A stretch of 64,000 nucleotides of DNA from Octopus sinensis (GCF_006345805.1 NC_043022.1:6262001-6326000); one strand, 5' to 3'. Positions 12,172-24,157 are shown, counted from the stretch's first letter. Notes: generated from the sequence alone by a model not told the origin. Numbers and translations: made by a program.

Positions 12172-12490
12172 ATGCACACACACACACATGCATATCTAAA
12201 GATAGCAATAAAGTGCATGAAAAGGAAAGAAGATAAATTAAATTTGTCAATAAAAAAATTTATAGAAAAGAAAGCAAAAGGTTTTTATTGTAAGAAAAAA
12301 ATGAAAGCATATATATATATATATATATACACACACATAATGTATGTGTGTGTGTCCCCGCAAAATATACTTTCCAAAAATGATCTCTTATATTTAATAT
12401 AAGGACTAAAAAACATTGGCAAATATTGTTCTTACTATTTATTTTCATTAAACAAAAACAGAATAGAGTGGAAATAAAGCATACAATGGA

Positions 12491-12524
<34 letters not shown>

Positions 12525-12901
12525 TCAATTATATTATACTATATTATATTATGAGGAGAAGATTTATAGAAACTCATAAAGATTTGAAATGTGGAGGTTT
12601 GTTTCAAAAATTTGATTTCTAACACAGCCAATAGTTAAATTGATAGCATTTTGTGTGGCAACATTGCATAATCTTGTAAATAGAGATCTATATTCAGGCT
12701 GGGAATATTGGATGTTCTTTATAATAAGCTGCATGTGCTATAGATACCTTGGAGAGTGGGAGTTTGTGTGTGTGTGTGTCTTCATCAGCTGTAAACTCAT
12801 TGGAGTGACTCTGAAGCTTAGAGTTTCTTGCATGACACTCAACAATGCATAACAGAAAAATCCCCACCCTTGGGTCATTAATGTAACTTTACAGCCAATT
12901 T

Positions 12902-13315
12902 GTCCGACACTCGCATCCCAAAACAGCTCTTCTATGGTGAACTCAGCCAGGGCAAACGCAAAGTCGGAGGGCAGAAGAAGCGCTTCAAGGACAGTCTCAA
13001 GGTCTCTCTCAAAGACTTCTCCATCGGCACCGAGACTTGGGAGACGCTTCCTGCCGACCGCTCATCCTGGCGCAGCGCAATCACCACAGGAGCAGGGACA
13101 GCCGAGGAGGGGTGGATTCGGTCAGCAGAGCAGAAACGCCAGATGCGGAAAGCCAGAGCCGCCTGCACCAGTAGCACGGCCCCTACCCACTTCTGCCCCA
13201 CCTGTGGGAGGGTCTTCCTTGCCCGGATTGGCCTCACCAGCCACCTCCGGTCTCATAGCAGCAGTTCCACCAGATGATGTCAGTGGTCATCTTCGAACCC
13301 GAAGGACGAACATTA
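12902..13315 (+). mobile_element. 5'-truncated RTE (BovB-like) LINE, young
   Basis: RIPKQLFYGEL..GKR.VGGQKKRFKD and C-terminal CPTCGRVFLARIGLTSHLRSH zinc finger; 13-bp TSD TTACAGCCAATTT at 12889-12901 and 13316-13328. Confidence 0.9.
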
Positions 13316-13349
13316 TTACAGCCAATTTATATATATCAATGTGTGTGTA

Positions 13350-13712
13350 TTCTTTTACTCGTTTCAGTCATTTTGACTGCAGCCATGCTGGAGCACTGCC
13401 TTCAGTGGAACAAATTGACCCCAGGACTTATTCTTTGTAAGCCCAGTATTTTATTCTATCAGTCTCTTTTGTCAAACCGCTAAGTTTCAGCATCAATTCT
13501 CAAGCAATGGTGAGAGGACAAATAAATATATATATATTATATATGTTATATATGACGGGCTTCTTTCAGTTTCTGTCTACAAAATCCACTTGTAAGGCTT
13601 TGGTCGGCCTGAGGCTATAGTAGAAGTCACTTACCCAAGGTGCCACACAGTAGGACTGAACCTGGAACCATGTGGTTGGTAAGCAAGCTACTTACCACAC
13701 AGCCACACCTGT
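13350..13712 (-). mobile_element. SINE family A, older copy
   Basis: colinear, diverged. Confidence 0.85.
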
Positions 13713-14363
13713 GTGGTAAGTATATTCATATAAAAAAAAAAATCAAAGATGTAAATTCCTCTAAAAGAGATGTCAGCATCCAAGTTGCCTGGTTTTACCC
13801 AGTGTATCAGAGAAAAACCAAAGGTGTTAGCTTCACGTTGATGAATATTGGTTTATTCAGTGTATTACCACACAGCATATTTTTCAAAATTCTCTTTTTA
13901 TTTACATTTTCTTTATATTTAAAGTATTGTAAATTATATTTGCACATGCCCCCTTTTTTTGCTCCTTATACGTTTTCTATATTATTTGTACATACCCCTT
14001 TTTTATACCTGCTCTATCATTCCTTAAATCTTATAAAAAAAAAAAATTCCATCTAATTTTACAACATTTGATCATCGCATCTCAAGATTTGCATTCTGTG
14101 TAGTCAGCCTAATGGTGTCTTCCTCATAATCCGTTCCAATAATTGGGTTTCTTTTGCCCCGTTTTTAAATTTCATCCAGTATTTAAACTACTTCAGTCTC
14201 ATGGCATGGCTGCCACCTGAAGAACGTACATGGGTCCCATGTGCGTGAAACTTTTAGGAGTGTGGGCCATACATGTGAGGTGGTCATGAAAAACAATATT
14301 TACTCTTGTTAGATGGAGTATGCTTTTTTTGTTGAACCTAGACACACGGACCAATTTATATAT

Positions 14364-14660
14364 GTGGCCGATGCCAGCACCGCCTCGACTGGCTTCCGTG
14401 CCGGTGGCACATAAAATACACCAATCCGACCGTGGCCGTTGCCAGCCTCGCCTGGCACCTGTGCAGGTGGCACGTAAAAAGCACCCACTACACTCACGGA
14501 GTGGTTGGCGTTAGGAAGGGCATCCAGCTGTAGAAACATTGCCAGATTAGACTGGAGCCTGGTGCAGCCTTCTGGCTTCCCAGAACCCCGGTCGAACCGT
14601 CCAACCCATGCTAGCATGGAGAACGGACGTTAAACGATGATGATGATGATGATGATGATA
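14364..14660 (+). mobile_element. RTE 3' UTR fragment (family E)
   Basis: tandem ggtggcacgtaaaaagcacc units, aggaagggcatccagc, (GAT)n tail. Confidence 0.85.
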
Positions 14661-14681
14661 TTTATATATATATATATATAG

Positions 14682-14711
<30 letters not shown>

Positions 14712-14712
<1 letters not shown>

Positions 14713-15008
14713 TAATTATCCGTAATAATGAAGGGTGAAATTAATTAATTTGGAAAAATTATCAATTACACCAAGTAGTCTTCGGCATGTAAAAGCCTCA
14801 TTCGAGGAAAATTTAAGTAATACTAAGCAATAAGGGTTTAGCAACGAGTTGCCTTACCACATACCGAATTTAGAAATAGCAGTCAAAGGGTTATAGCTAT
14901 TTCTTCTTTTTAGTAGAAGAAATAGCTATAACCCTTTGACTGCTATTTCTAAATTCGGTATGTGGTAAGGCAACTCGTTGCTAAACCCTTATTGCTTAGT
15001 ATTGCTTA
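14712..15008. repeat. foldback element: perfect 89-bp-arm hairpin (14819-14907 / 14915-15003) plus one-sided extension
   Basis: arms are exact reverse complements around a 7-nt loop; TA-rich flanks. Confidence 0.9.
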
Positions 15009-15493
15009 TATATAAATATATATATAAATTGGTCCGTGTGTCTAGGTTCAACAAAAAAAGCATACTCCATCTAACAAGAGTAAATATTGTTTTTCATGAC
15101 CACCTCACATGTATGGCCCACGCTCCTAAAAGTTTCACGCACATGGGACCCATGTACGTTCTTCAGGTGGCAGCCATGCCATGAGACTGAAGTAGTTTAA
15201 ATACTGGATGAAATTTAAAAACGGGGCGAAAGAAACCCAATTATTGGAACGGATTATGAGGAAGACACCATTAGGCTGACTACACAGAATGCGATGATCA
15301 AATGTTGTAAAATTAGATGGAATTTTTTTTTTTTATAAGATTTAAGGAATGATAGAGCAGGTATAAAAAAGGGGGTATGTACAAATAATATAGAAAACGT
15401 ATAAGGAGAAAAAAAAGGGGGCATGTGCAAATATAATTTACAATACTTTAAATATAAAGAAAATGTAAATAAAAAGAGAATTTTGAAAAATAT

Positions 15494-15895
15494 GCTGTGT
15501 GGTAAGTAGCTTGCTAACCAGCCACATGGTTCCGGGTTCAGTCCCACTGCGTGGCATCTTGGGCAAGTGTCTTCTGCTATAGCCCCGGGCCGACCAATGC
15601 CTTGTGAGTGGATTTGGTAGACGGAAACTGAAAAGAAGCCTGTCGTATATATGTATATATATGTATGTATGTGTGTGTGTGTTTGTGTGTCTGTCTTTGT
15701 TCCCCTAGCATTGCTTGACAACCAATGCTGATGTGTTTACGTCCCCGTCACTTAGCGTTTTGGCAAAAAGAGACCGATAGAATAAGTACTGGGCTTACAA
15801 AAAGAATAAGTCCCGGGGTCGAGCTGCTCGACTAAAGGCGGTGCTCCAGCATGGCCGCAGTCAAATGACTGAAACAAGTAAAAGAGTAAAGAGTA
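15494..15895 (+). mobile_element. SINE family A
   Basis: lacks the first ~12 nt, otherwise colinear. Confidence 0.9.
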
Positions 15896-16074
15896 TATGT
15901 CCAATTTAGATCCAGGGTATGAAACTCAATCTTGAACTCTCAATCTGAGATTTTTAGTAGTTGCAAACATCTGTAAAAATTTCTTTTAAGGAATTGGAAG
16001 ATACCCCCCATTCCTGACGAACTGGTCAACACTTGATTTACTTGTGTATTTTTCTCATTAGCATATCATCTCAT

Positions 16075-16475
16075 ACTCTTTTTACTCTTTTACTTGTTTC
16101 AGTCATTTGACTGCAGCCATGCTGGAGCATTGCCTTTAGCTGAGCAAATCGACCCCAGGACTCATTCTTTGTAAGCCTAGTACTTACTTATTCTATCGGT
16201 TTCATTTGCTGAACTGCTAAGTTGCAGGGACATAAACACACCAGCATTGGTTGCCAAGCGATGTTATGGGAACAAACACAGACACACACACATATATATA
16301 CACATACCTATATATGACGGGCTTCTTACAGTTTCCATCTACCAAATCCACTCACAAGTCTTTGGTTGGCCCGAGGCTATAGTAGAAAACACTTGCCCAA
16401 AGTGTCATGCAGTGGGACTGAACCTAGAACCATGTGGTTGGGAAGCAAGCTACTTACCACACAGCCACTCCTCCA
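16075..16475 (-). mobile_element. SINE family A, older copy
   Basis: colinear, diverged. Confidence 0.85.
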
Positions 16476-16917
16476 CCTATATTTGTTTTTATTACTTTTT
16501 ATTTATTACATTTCAAATGTTTTTTTATTTGATATATATATATATATATTAATATCATTCTATGTATATATTTTTCATATTCTATTTACATTTTCTTTAT
16601 ATTTATAGCATTGTAAATTATATTTGCACATGCCCCCTTTTTTTTCCCTTATATTATGATGATTCTATATTATTTGTACATACCCCCTTTTTTATATCTG
16701 CTCTATCATTTCTTACAACTTGTAAAAAAAAAATTTTTTCCATCCAGTTCTACAACATTTGACCATCACATCTTGAGATTTGCTGTCTGCATAGTCAGCT
16801 GCACCAGGCCCCAGTCTGTTGTGCAGTTTCTCCCGACACCTTTTCTACATATCTAGTAAGGTCATCTCCCTGAACGAATTTGTGATTTGTCTGTTTTCCA
16901 ATTGAACATATATTGAC

Positions 16918-17128
16918 TTCAAATTTTGACACACAAGGCCAGCAACTTTGGGGGAGGGGTAAGTCAACTACATTGATACCCCAGTACATGACTGGTACTT
17001 ATTTTATCAACCCCAAAAAGATGAAAAGCAAAGTCAACTTCGTTAGAATTTGAACTCAGAATGTAAAGACACACAAAAAGCCGCTAAGCATTTTCCCCAG
17101 TGTGCTAATGATTCTGCAGCTCACCACC

Positions 17129-17130
<2 letters not shown>
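16918..17130 (-). mobile_element. Meta-like SINE, short tail
   Basis: head abuts (AAT)n at 17131-17196. Confidence 0.85.
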
Positions 17131-17197
<67 letters not shown>

Positions 17198-17711
17198 GCC
17201 ATCCACTAGTACAACACAAAAAACAACCAAATATATGGCACACTAGGCATAACAACAACATGAACTTCCAACCTGTTGTCTCTTGAGGTCTCTGGGTGAG
17301 ACTTGGAGCCAACTTGTACAAATATAAAGCAAAAGTCAAACATATAATTATAATAATAATAAGACTAAAACAATACCTGTTGTCATAGGTGCCCTGGGAA
17401 TGATAGCAAAAGGGGCTGATTGCTACCTAACTCAGATACCAGGAAACCCCAAAATGGCAGAAATTCAAAAGATAGTGCTCATGGGAACTGCTCATATCCT
17501 ACGCAAAATACTTTCTTTGTAATCTCAAGTTTAAAAACAAACATAATTTTTGTATGGTTTTTTAGGCATTCACTAGTACAACACTAAGTACAAAACCAAA
17601 TATATGGCACCCTAGGCATAACACCAACATGAACTTCCAACTTGTTGTCTCTTGAGGTCTCTGGGTGAGACTTGGAGCCAACTTGTACAAATATAAAGCA
17701 AAAGTCAAACA

Positions 17712-17761
<50 letters not shown>

Positions 17762-18289
17762 TAATAATAATAATAGCCATCCACTAGTACAACACAAAAA
17801 ACAACCAAATATATGGCGCACTAGGCATAACAACAACATGAACTTCCAACCTGTTGTCTCTTGAGGTCTCTGGGTGAGACTTGGAGCCAACTTGTACAAA
17901 TATAAAGCAAAAGTCAAACATATAATTATAATAATAATAAGACTAAAACAATACCTGTTGTCATAGGTGCCCTGGGAATGATAGCAAAAGGGGCTGATTG
18001 CTACCTAACTCAGATACCAGGAAACCCCAAAATGGCAGAAATTCAAAAGATAGTGCTCATGGGAACTGCTCATATCCTACGCAAAATACTTTCTTTGTAA
18101 TCTCAAGTTTAAAAACAAACATAATTTTTGTATGGTTTTTTAGGCATTCACTAGTACAACACTAAGTACAAAACCAAATATATGGCACCCTAGGCATAAC
18201 ACCAACATGAACTTCCAACTTGTTGTCTCTTGAGGTCTCTGGGTGAGACTTGGAGCCAACTTGTACAAATATAAAGCAAAAGTCAAACA

Positions 18290-18290
<1 letters not shown>
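17198..18290 (+). mobile_element. two tandem copies (period 578 bp) of a dimer of R4/Dong 3' fragments
   Basis: TKTIPVVIGALGMIAKG...EIQKIVLMGTAHILRKILSL* is homologous to the C-terminus at 43190-43350; (AAT)n tails. Confidence 0.85.
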
Positions 18291-18344
<54 letters not shown>

Positions 18345-18567
18345 CCTTTCTACTAAAGGGACAAGGCCTGAAGTTTAGGAGGAGGGGACTAGTTGATTAC
18401 ATCAGTCCCAGTGATTCACTGGTACTTAATTTATCGACCCCCCCCCCCGCCAAAGAAGGATGAAATTCTAAAGTTGACCTCAGTGCTATTTGAACTCAGA
18501 ACATTAAGATGAAATACTGCTAAGCATTTTATGCAACTTGTTAACGATTCTGCCAGCTTACTGCCTT
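18345..18567 (-). mobile_element. Meta-like SINE, short tail
   Basis: colinear copy between (AAT)n and (GAT)n. Confidence 0.85.
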
Positions 18568-18588
18568 GATGATGATGATGATGATAGT

Positions 18589-18802
18589 CCTTTCTACTAT
18601 AGGCACAAGGCCTGGATTTTCCAGGGAGGGGGATAGTTGATCACATTGACTCCAGTGCATAACTGGTACTTAATTTATTGACCCCGAAAGGATGAAAGGC
18701 AAAGTCAACATCAGCAGAATTTGAACTCAGAACATAAAGACAGACAAAATACTGCTAAGCATTTTGCCTGGCATGGTAACGATTCTGCTAGTTTTCTGCC
18801 TT
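18589..18802 (-). mobile_element. Meta-like SINE, short tail
   Basis: colinear copy. Confidence 0.85.
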
Positions 18803-19329
18803 AATTATTACTGAATAAATATAAAGATGGCATTTCAGAGAAGAGAACACACCAGTTTGTTTATTTGATATGCGTGTCTTTGTGTTGTGAGAACCAGACT
18901 ATAATTGTCAAGTCTTCTCATGGATAAATATGTATATTGTCAATAGATAGTCATCGATGCGGCTTTTGTAGATCAAGCGCTGCCGTTGGAAATCCATGCT
19001 GACCAGCTAACTTACTGCAGACAGAGTCTTCATGAAAGGAGCTCTTGACAACAATATTATTGCAATTCTTTCCGAAATGGAATTATAACGGTCGTTTACC
19101 AGAGACATCGGTTCAAATGTTTACTTAATACCGGCAAACAATTAGGAAAATATGCAGAGTAAATTATTCGTCCACCCCCACACACCTGGCTTATTGAAAA
19201 GTCAATTGACAATGTGAAATAGAATAAGAGTTTGGTGAGGTGGGCATGGAGAGGGAAATACTGAAGGTGCTTCAAATGGAAACACTGAAGAACATTGGTC
19301 TCAGGAGTGAGCCTTGGGGGAGACCGTAA

Positions 19330-19625
19330 TGAGTGGGAGGTGGTGAAAGACAGAAAGAGGGGGGAGAGAGAGGAGGAGCGAGAGAAAGAGAGAGAGGGTA
19401 GAGGTCAAAGAGAGAGACAGAGGGAGTAAGTAAAATAAAGAGAAGCATAAAAGAAGGAGAGGGGAGTGTGAAAAAAGAGGGAGTGGTGAAAGAAGAGGGG
19501 GTGGTGAAAGAAAGACAGGGGAGATGGTGAAAGGAAGAGAGAGAGAGAGGGATATGGTGAGATGATGAAAGAGAGGGAGTAAATAAAATAAAGACAGAAG
19601 AAGGTAAAGAAAACAAGGGAGATTG
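19330..19625. repeat. GA-rich low-complexity tract
   Basis: polypurine run. Confidence 0.8.
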
Positions 19626-19814
19626 TAATAAGTTCTGATAATGGTCCTTTTGGCCTTCCATAGTCAAGAAATACCAACTTTGATTTAGTCTTTTAAATGA
19701 ATCCCACCCCTGGCCCAAGGGGGAGGGTTAATAACATGTCTTTGACCAACATGGGAGACACAGTTCCACAAGTATAGTTACCATAATTAGGCTGGAAACA
19801 TTAGTGAGGAGTGT

Positions 19815-19970
19815 ATGGCACAAGGCCAGCAATTTTTGAGGGGAGGGGCTATGTTGATTACATCAACCCCAGTGCTCAGCTGGTACTTATTTTATGAACC
19901 TCACTTACAGGATGGGGCAACAAAATCAATGTCAGAGGAATCTGAACTAAGGCTGTAAAGACGACCAAAA
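19815..19970 (-). mobile_element. Meta-like SINE 3' part running into a minisatellite
   Basis: ggcacaaggccagc tail, ctggtacttatt, gaatctgaact motifs. Confidence 0.75.
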
Positions 19971-20506
19971 TGCCCAGCTAAGCGTTTGCCCGGCTAAGCG
20001 TTTGCCCAGCTAAGCATTTTGCCCGGCTGAACATTTTGCCCAGCTAAGCATTTTGCCCAGCTAAGCATTTTGCCCGGCTAAGCATTTTGCCCAGCTAAGC
20101 ATTTTGCCCAGCTAAGCATTTTGCCCAGCTAAGCATTTTGCCCAGCTAAGCATTTGCCCGGCTAAGCATTTTTCCAGCTAAGCATTTTGCCCAGCTAAGC
20201 GTTTTGCCCAGCTAAGCATTTTGCCCAGCTAAGCATTTTGCCCAGCTAAGCATTTTGCCCAGCTAAGCATTTTGCCCAGCTAAGCATTTTGCCCAGCTAA
20301 GCGTTTGCCCAGCTAAGCATTTTGCCCAGCTAAGCATTTTGCCCAGCTAAGCATTTTGCCCAGCTAAGCATTTTGCCCGGCTAAGCATTTTGCCCGGCTA
20401 AGCATTTTGCCCAGCTAAGCGTTTGCCCAGCTAAGCGTTTGCCCAGCTAAGCATTTTGCCCGGCTGAACATTTTGCCCAGCTAAGCATTTTGCCCGGCTA
20501 AGCGTT
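19971..20506. repeat. 17-bp minisatellite (CAGCTAAGCATTTTGCC)n, about 32 units
   Basis: head-to-tail units with 16-bp and CGG variants; no spacers. Confidence 0.95.
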
Positions 20507-20514
20507 TTTACACA

Positions 20515-20750
20515 CAAGTATATGCATGTGTGTATATGTTTGTGTGTCTGTGTTTGTCCTCCCCAACATCACTTGACAATCGATGCTGGTGTATTTATGT
20601 CCCCATAACTTAGCGGCTCGGCAAAAGAGGCCGATAGAATAAGTACTAGGCTTACAAAGAATAAGTCCTGGGGTCGATTTGCTCAGGTAAAGACAGTGCT
20701 CCAGCGTGACCACAGTCAAATGACTGAAACAAGTAAAAGAGTAAAAGAGT
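20515..20750 (+). mobile_element. SINE family A 3' half
   Basis: starts at the internal TG microsatellite. Confidence 0.85.
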
Positions 20751-20887
20751 GTATCAAACATTTTTATTGAATTAGAAAACAGAGAGATCCAATTGATACA
20801 AATTAATTTATTAATTAATCAACATATTCACCAACGAATGTTTCATTTCTCAAATAAGATTAAAATTACAAAACATATATAAAAATA

Positions 20888-21803
20888 CTAGCAGAGTTAC
20901 CCGGCGTTGCCCGAGTTACATGGAATTGAAGAATTAGACTTTTCTGTTATATTTTCTGTAATGAACTGGAATATCTATGTTTCGAATTTCATCAAAATTG
21001 CAGATGAGGATTATTTCCCTCTTTACACACCCTAAAAAAATTGTAATCGTGCCACATGTATCCCATACTACTGATTTTTATGCGCATATTCCAAAATTCC
21101 AGTCGTATAGAACCTGTTAGAAGATTTTGCTCCTGAAAAATGGAGGTCATGGAGCTCTAAAATGTGAGAGTTAAGGCCCCTGTTGGGGGTGGGCATCTTA
21201 ATGTCAACCAGAGAAGTTGAATTGTTGAGAATCTTTTTAACTTGGGTCTTATATCTATTGTTTGAATTTCTTTGAAATAGGAAATATATGTTCACTGGGT
21301 TTGTAAAAGAGAGCAAAGCTACAGGAAACCAAAAGACGAATGATCACAATAAGCAGTCAGCTACAGTACCCTAGTCGTTACCACTCCCAATGTAGTATTC
21401 CTCACCATCCAGGTGGCAGGCACAGCCGTAAGATGCATTACGAATCTATAGCAATTGGAAGGGCGTGACCCAACTGAAATAAACATTAACAACTGTGTGA
21501 CGTGAGGGCTAAGGAGAAATGAAAATTGGAGTTTGCAAATGACCACTATACTGATACGTAACTGGACAGAATAAATATACAATCTATAAATGTCTTTGAA
21601 TACTGAAATAGTGGAGAAGATATAATATAGCTGTGGGCTCGCCCTAGGCAAGAAGTTAGAAATTTTTTTGCCCATGACACTACATGGACACTAAGTAAGG
21701 GATGTGTAAAATTTGAATGAAATTGGTTGAGTAGTTCTCAAGTTTTAGGGACTCACACAGACAGACAGACACACACACACATTCTCAGTTTTATATATAT
21801 AGA
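20888..21803 (-). mobile_element. non-autonomous Helitron with about 600 bp unrelated interior
   Basis: minus strand A|TCTATATATATAAAA at 21803; ctcgggcaacgccggg hairpin and CTAG|T at 20888. Confidence 0.7.
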
Positions 21804-21884
21804 TAATTTTGCATTTTAAATATCTTATAAGGAAAATCATCAAGGTTTTCTAGGGACAATAAGGATTGTGTATGTGTGTGTGTG

Positions 21885-22105
21885 TGTGTGTGAGTATTTA
21901 TGTGTGCAAGTGTGTGTTTTCCCCCACCATAACTAGATAACCGATGTTGGTGTGTTTACATCCCTGTCACTCAGCAGTTCAGCAAAGGAGACTGATAGAA
22001 TAAGTACCAGACTTACAAAGAGTAAGTCCTGGAGGTCGATCTCTTCTAATAAAAGGTGGTGCTCCAGCATGGCTGCAGTCAAATGACTGGAAGAAATAAA
22101 AGAAT
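21885..22105 (+). mobile_element. SINE family A 3' half
   Basis: colinear, diverged. Confidence 0.8.
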
Positions 22106-22624
22106 ATTGTTGGTGCAGCGTAACACAGCATTTTTTACAATTGTGCTGGGAGGGGAAGTGGTAAATAAGGGGTGGTGGGGCACGAATAGATTTGGGAGAG
22201 GAATCCGGATGCTTCAAGGGTTACTCCTGAATACAGGACTGTTACTGGCCAGTCTGGAGCCAATCAGTCATTTCATTACAGACGGCATTCTATAACACAT
22301 TCTATACACAGTACCCAGTGGAACTGTGTTTGTGCCACCACTTCATGGGATTTTGTCAGTTAATGGAAGCGGTTTAGCACTTAAGAGATGGATGAGAGCC
22401 ACCAATGCCTGTCTATCCTTTCAATTAAGGAGGAACATGTCCATCATCAAAAGTATTACATTGATCCACAACTCCCTATACCATGCATATATAAATACAT
22501 ACACACATTCATTTGTATATACACATTAGAGTGTGTGTGTGTGTGTGTGTGTGCGTGCATGTGTGTAACTTGAATATGCTTTATTTTTATATTTTTTTCA
22601 CATTTCTATCCTATCCTTTCTCTC

Positions 22625-22873
22625 CTTATTATTATTTTTATTATTGTTATTATTATTATTATTATTATCATCATTATTATTGTTATTATTATTATGATTA
22701 TTATCATCATTGTTATTGTTGTTATTATCATTATTGTTATTATTATTATTATTATCATCATTGTTATTGTTGTTATTATTATTATTATTATTATTATCAT
22801 TATTATTATTATTATTATGATTATTATCATCATTGTTATTGTTGTTACTATTATTATTATTATTATTATTATC

Positions 22874-22912
<39 letters not shown>

Positions 22913-23005
22913 AATATTGTTGTTGTTGTTGTTATTATTATTATTATTATTATTATCCTTATTGTTATTGTTGTTGTTCTTCTTCTTCTTATTATTATTA
23001 TTAAT
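22625..23005. repeat. compound (ATT/ATC/GTT)n microsatellite
   Basis: direct inspection. Confidence 0.95.
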
Positions 23006-23008
23006 ATT

Positions 23009-23240
23009 AATGGTAGCGAGCTGACAGAATCAATAGCGTGGTGAACAAAATGCTTAGTGGTATTTCGCTCATTGCTACATTCTGAATTAAAATTCCATTG
23101 AGGTCAACCTTGCCTTTCATTCTTTTTTGGGGGGTGGGGGGTGGGGGTCAATAAATTAAGTACCAGTGAAAAACTGGAGTCCATGTAATCGACTAGGCCC
23201 CTTCCCCGAAATTCCAGCCCTTGTGACTTTAGTTGAAAGG
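23009..23240 (+). mobile_element. Meta-like SINE, short tail
   Basis: between (ATT)n arrays. Confidence 0.85.
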
Positions 23241-23246
23241 ATTATT

Positions 23247-23278
<32 letters not shown>

Positions 23279-23347
23279 GATTATCATCATTGTTATTGTT
23301 GTTATCATTATCATTATTATTATCATTATTATTATTATCATTATTAG

Positions 23348-24120
23348 GCTGCCACACCACCAACACCATCACCAACACCAGCACCAAGACGAACAACACC
23401 ACCTCCAACAACAACAACCACCACCAAACCAACACCGACAACCACCACCAAACCAACACCGACACCAGTACCTCGAAGGTCGACAGCAGCGACATCAACA
23501 GTAACAGGAGCAGCGGCACCACCGATACCGGTGGAACCAGAAACTTTTCGTCCTGCTACTGAAGCAGACCCCTCAACCATTCCTTTGCCGGATGAAGAGA
23601 TCTCGGATTGTGCGAGCTCTGATTCCAACAAAGGAGAATGGAACATAGTACCTCCAAAAACGAAAAGGAGGAAAAAACAAAAAGATTTACAGGGAAGCAC
23701 GAACAATAGTACTTCCCAACATCAACAACAACATCAACAACAACACACACTCACAACAACAACAACAACAACAACACTTTCGACACCACTACTGCCAGTA
23801 CCACAGACACAAACAAACACAGACACAATTACAGACACGATTACAGCAGTGAATACAAGAAACCAGGAACTGGTTGAGTATTTGAAAAACAAAACAAGCA
23901 CAAACATTACAGATTTCATAATACCTACACACAAACACCACCAGCACACATTCTCACAATTAAAATAAACAAAACAGTTTACAACGAAATAAAACAAATA
24001 TTCCCTAATGATGTGGGATCGTTAGGGAAAAGTTTCTCTCAGAAACTTTACAAAAATATTATTGAAGCACCCGTGCAAAAGCACAAGGGAGCCACCCCCA
24101 CCACCAACAACAGTAAGTAG
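23348..24120 (+). pseudogene. ORF1 C-terminal part (Pro/Thr-rich, KTKRRKKQK basic patch), one frameshift near 23935
   Basis: open frame 23348-23968, continues in a shifted frame to TAG at 24120. Confidence 0.65.
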
Positions 24121-24157
24121 AGCCTTTTTCTCCTTTTTTTTCCCTAATTTTTGAAAC

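Larger units (their letters stand above)
13865..15505. repeat. inverted duplication of about 500 bp (13865-14362 vs 15020-15505)
   Basis: arms near-identical on reverse complement (one 12-bp indel); a third, more diverged copy at about 16570-16800. Confidence 0.9.

Noticed and set aside
14420-14490. HDV-like ribozyme in family E units (GCC-TCGCCT-GGC resembles P3/L3)
   Set aside because: Loop lacks the CC for P1.1, there is no P4/J4-2, and a simple TGCCAG/CTGGCA hairpin explains the pattern.
14770-14812. Hammerhead in the foldback extension (CGAATGA-GGC..GCC-GAAG, minus strand)
   Set aside because: Essential core positions are altered, stems I and III cannot be formed, and relatives do not conserve the core.
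19272-19330. RT-like motif GLPQGSLLRPMFF on the minus strand
   Set aside because: Isolated motif beside a polypurine tract; no other RT motifs nearby to confirm it.
19971-20506. CRISPR-like array
   Set aside because: Head-to-tail 17-mers without unique spacers, SINE-derived, eukaryotic context.
22513-23044. Long poly-I/Y/L/N and VCVC/YIYI ORFs here and at 10.2, 12.0, 17.1, 34.1, 40.4, 45.0 and 60.8-62.6 kb
   Set aside because: Stop-free translations of (ATT)n, (AAT)n, (TA)n and (TG)n microsatellites.
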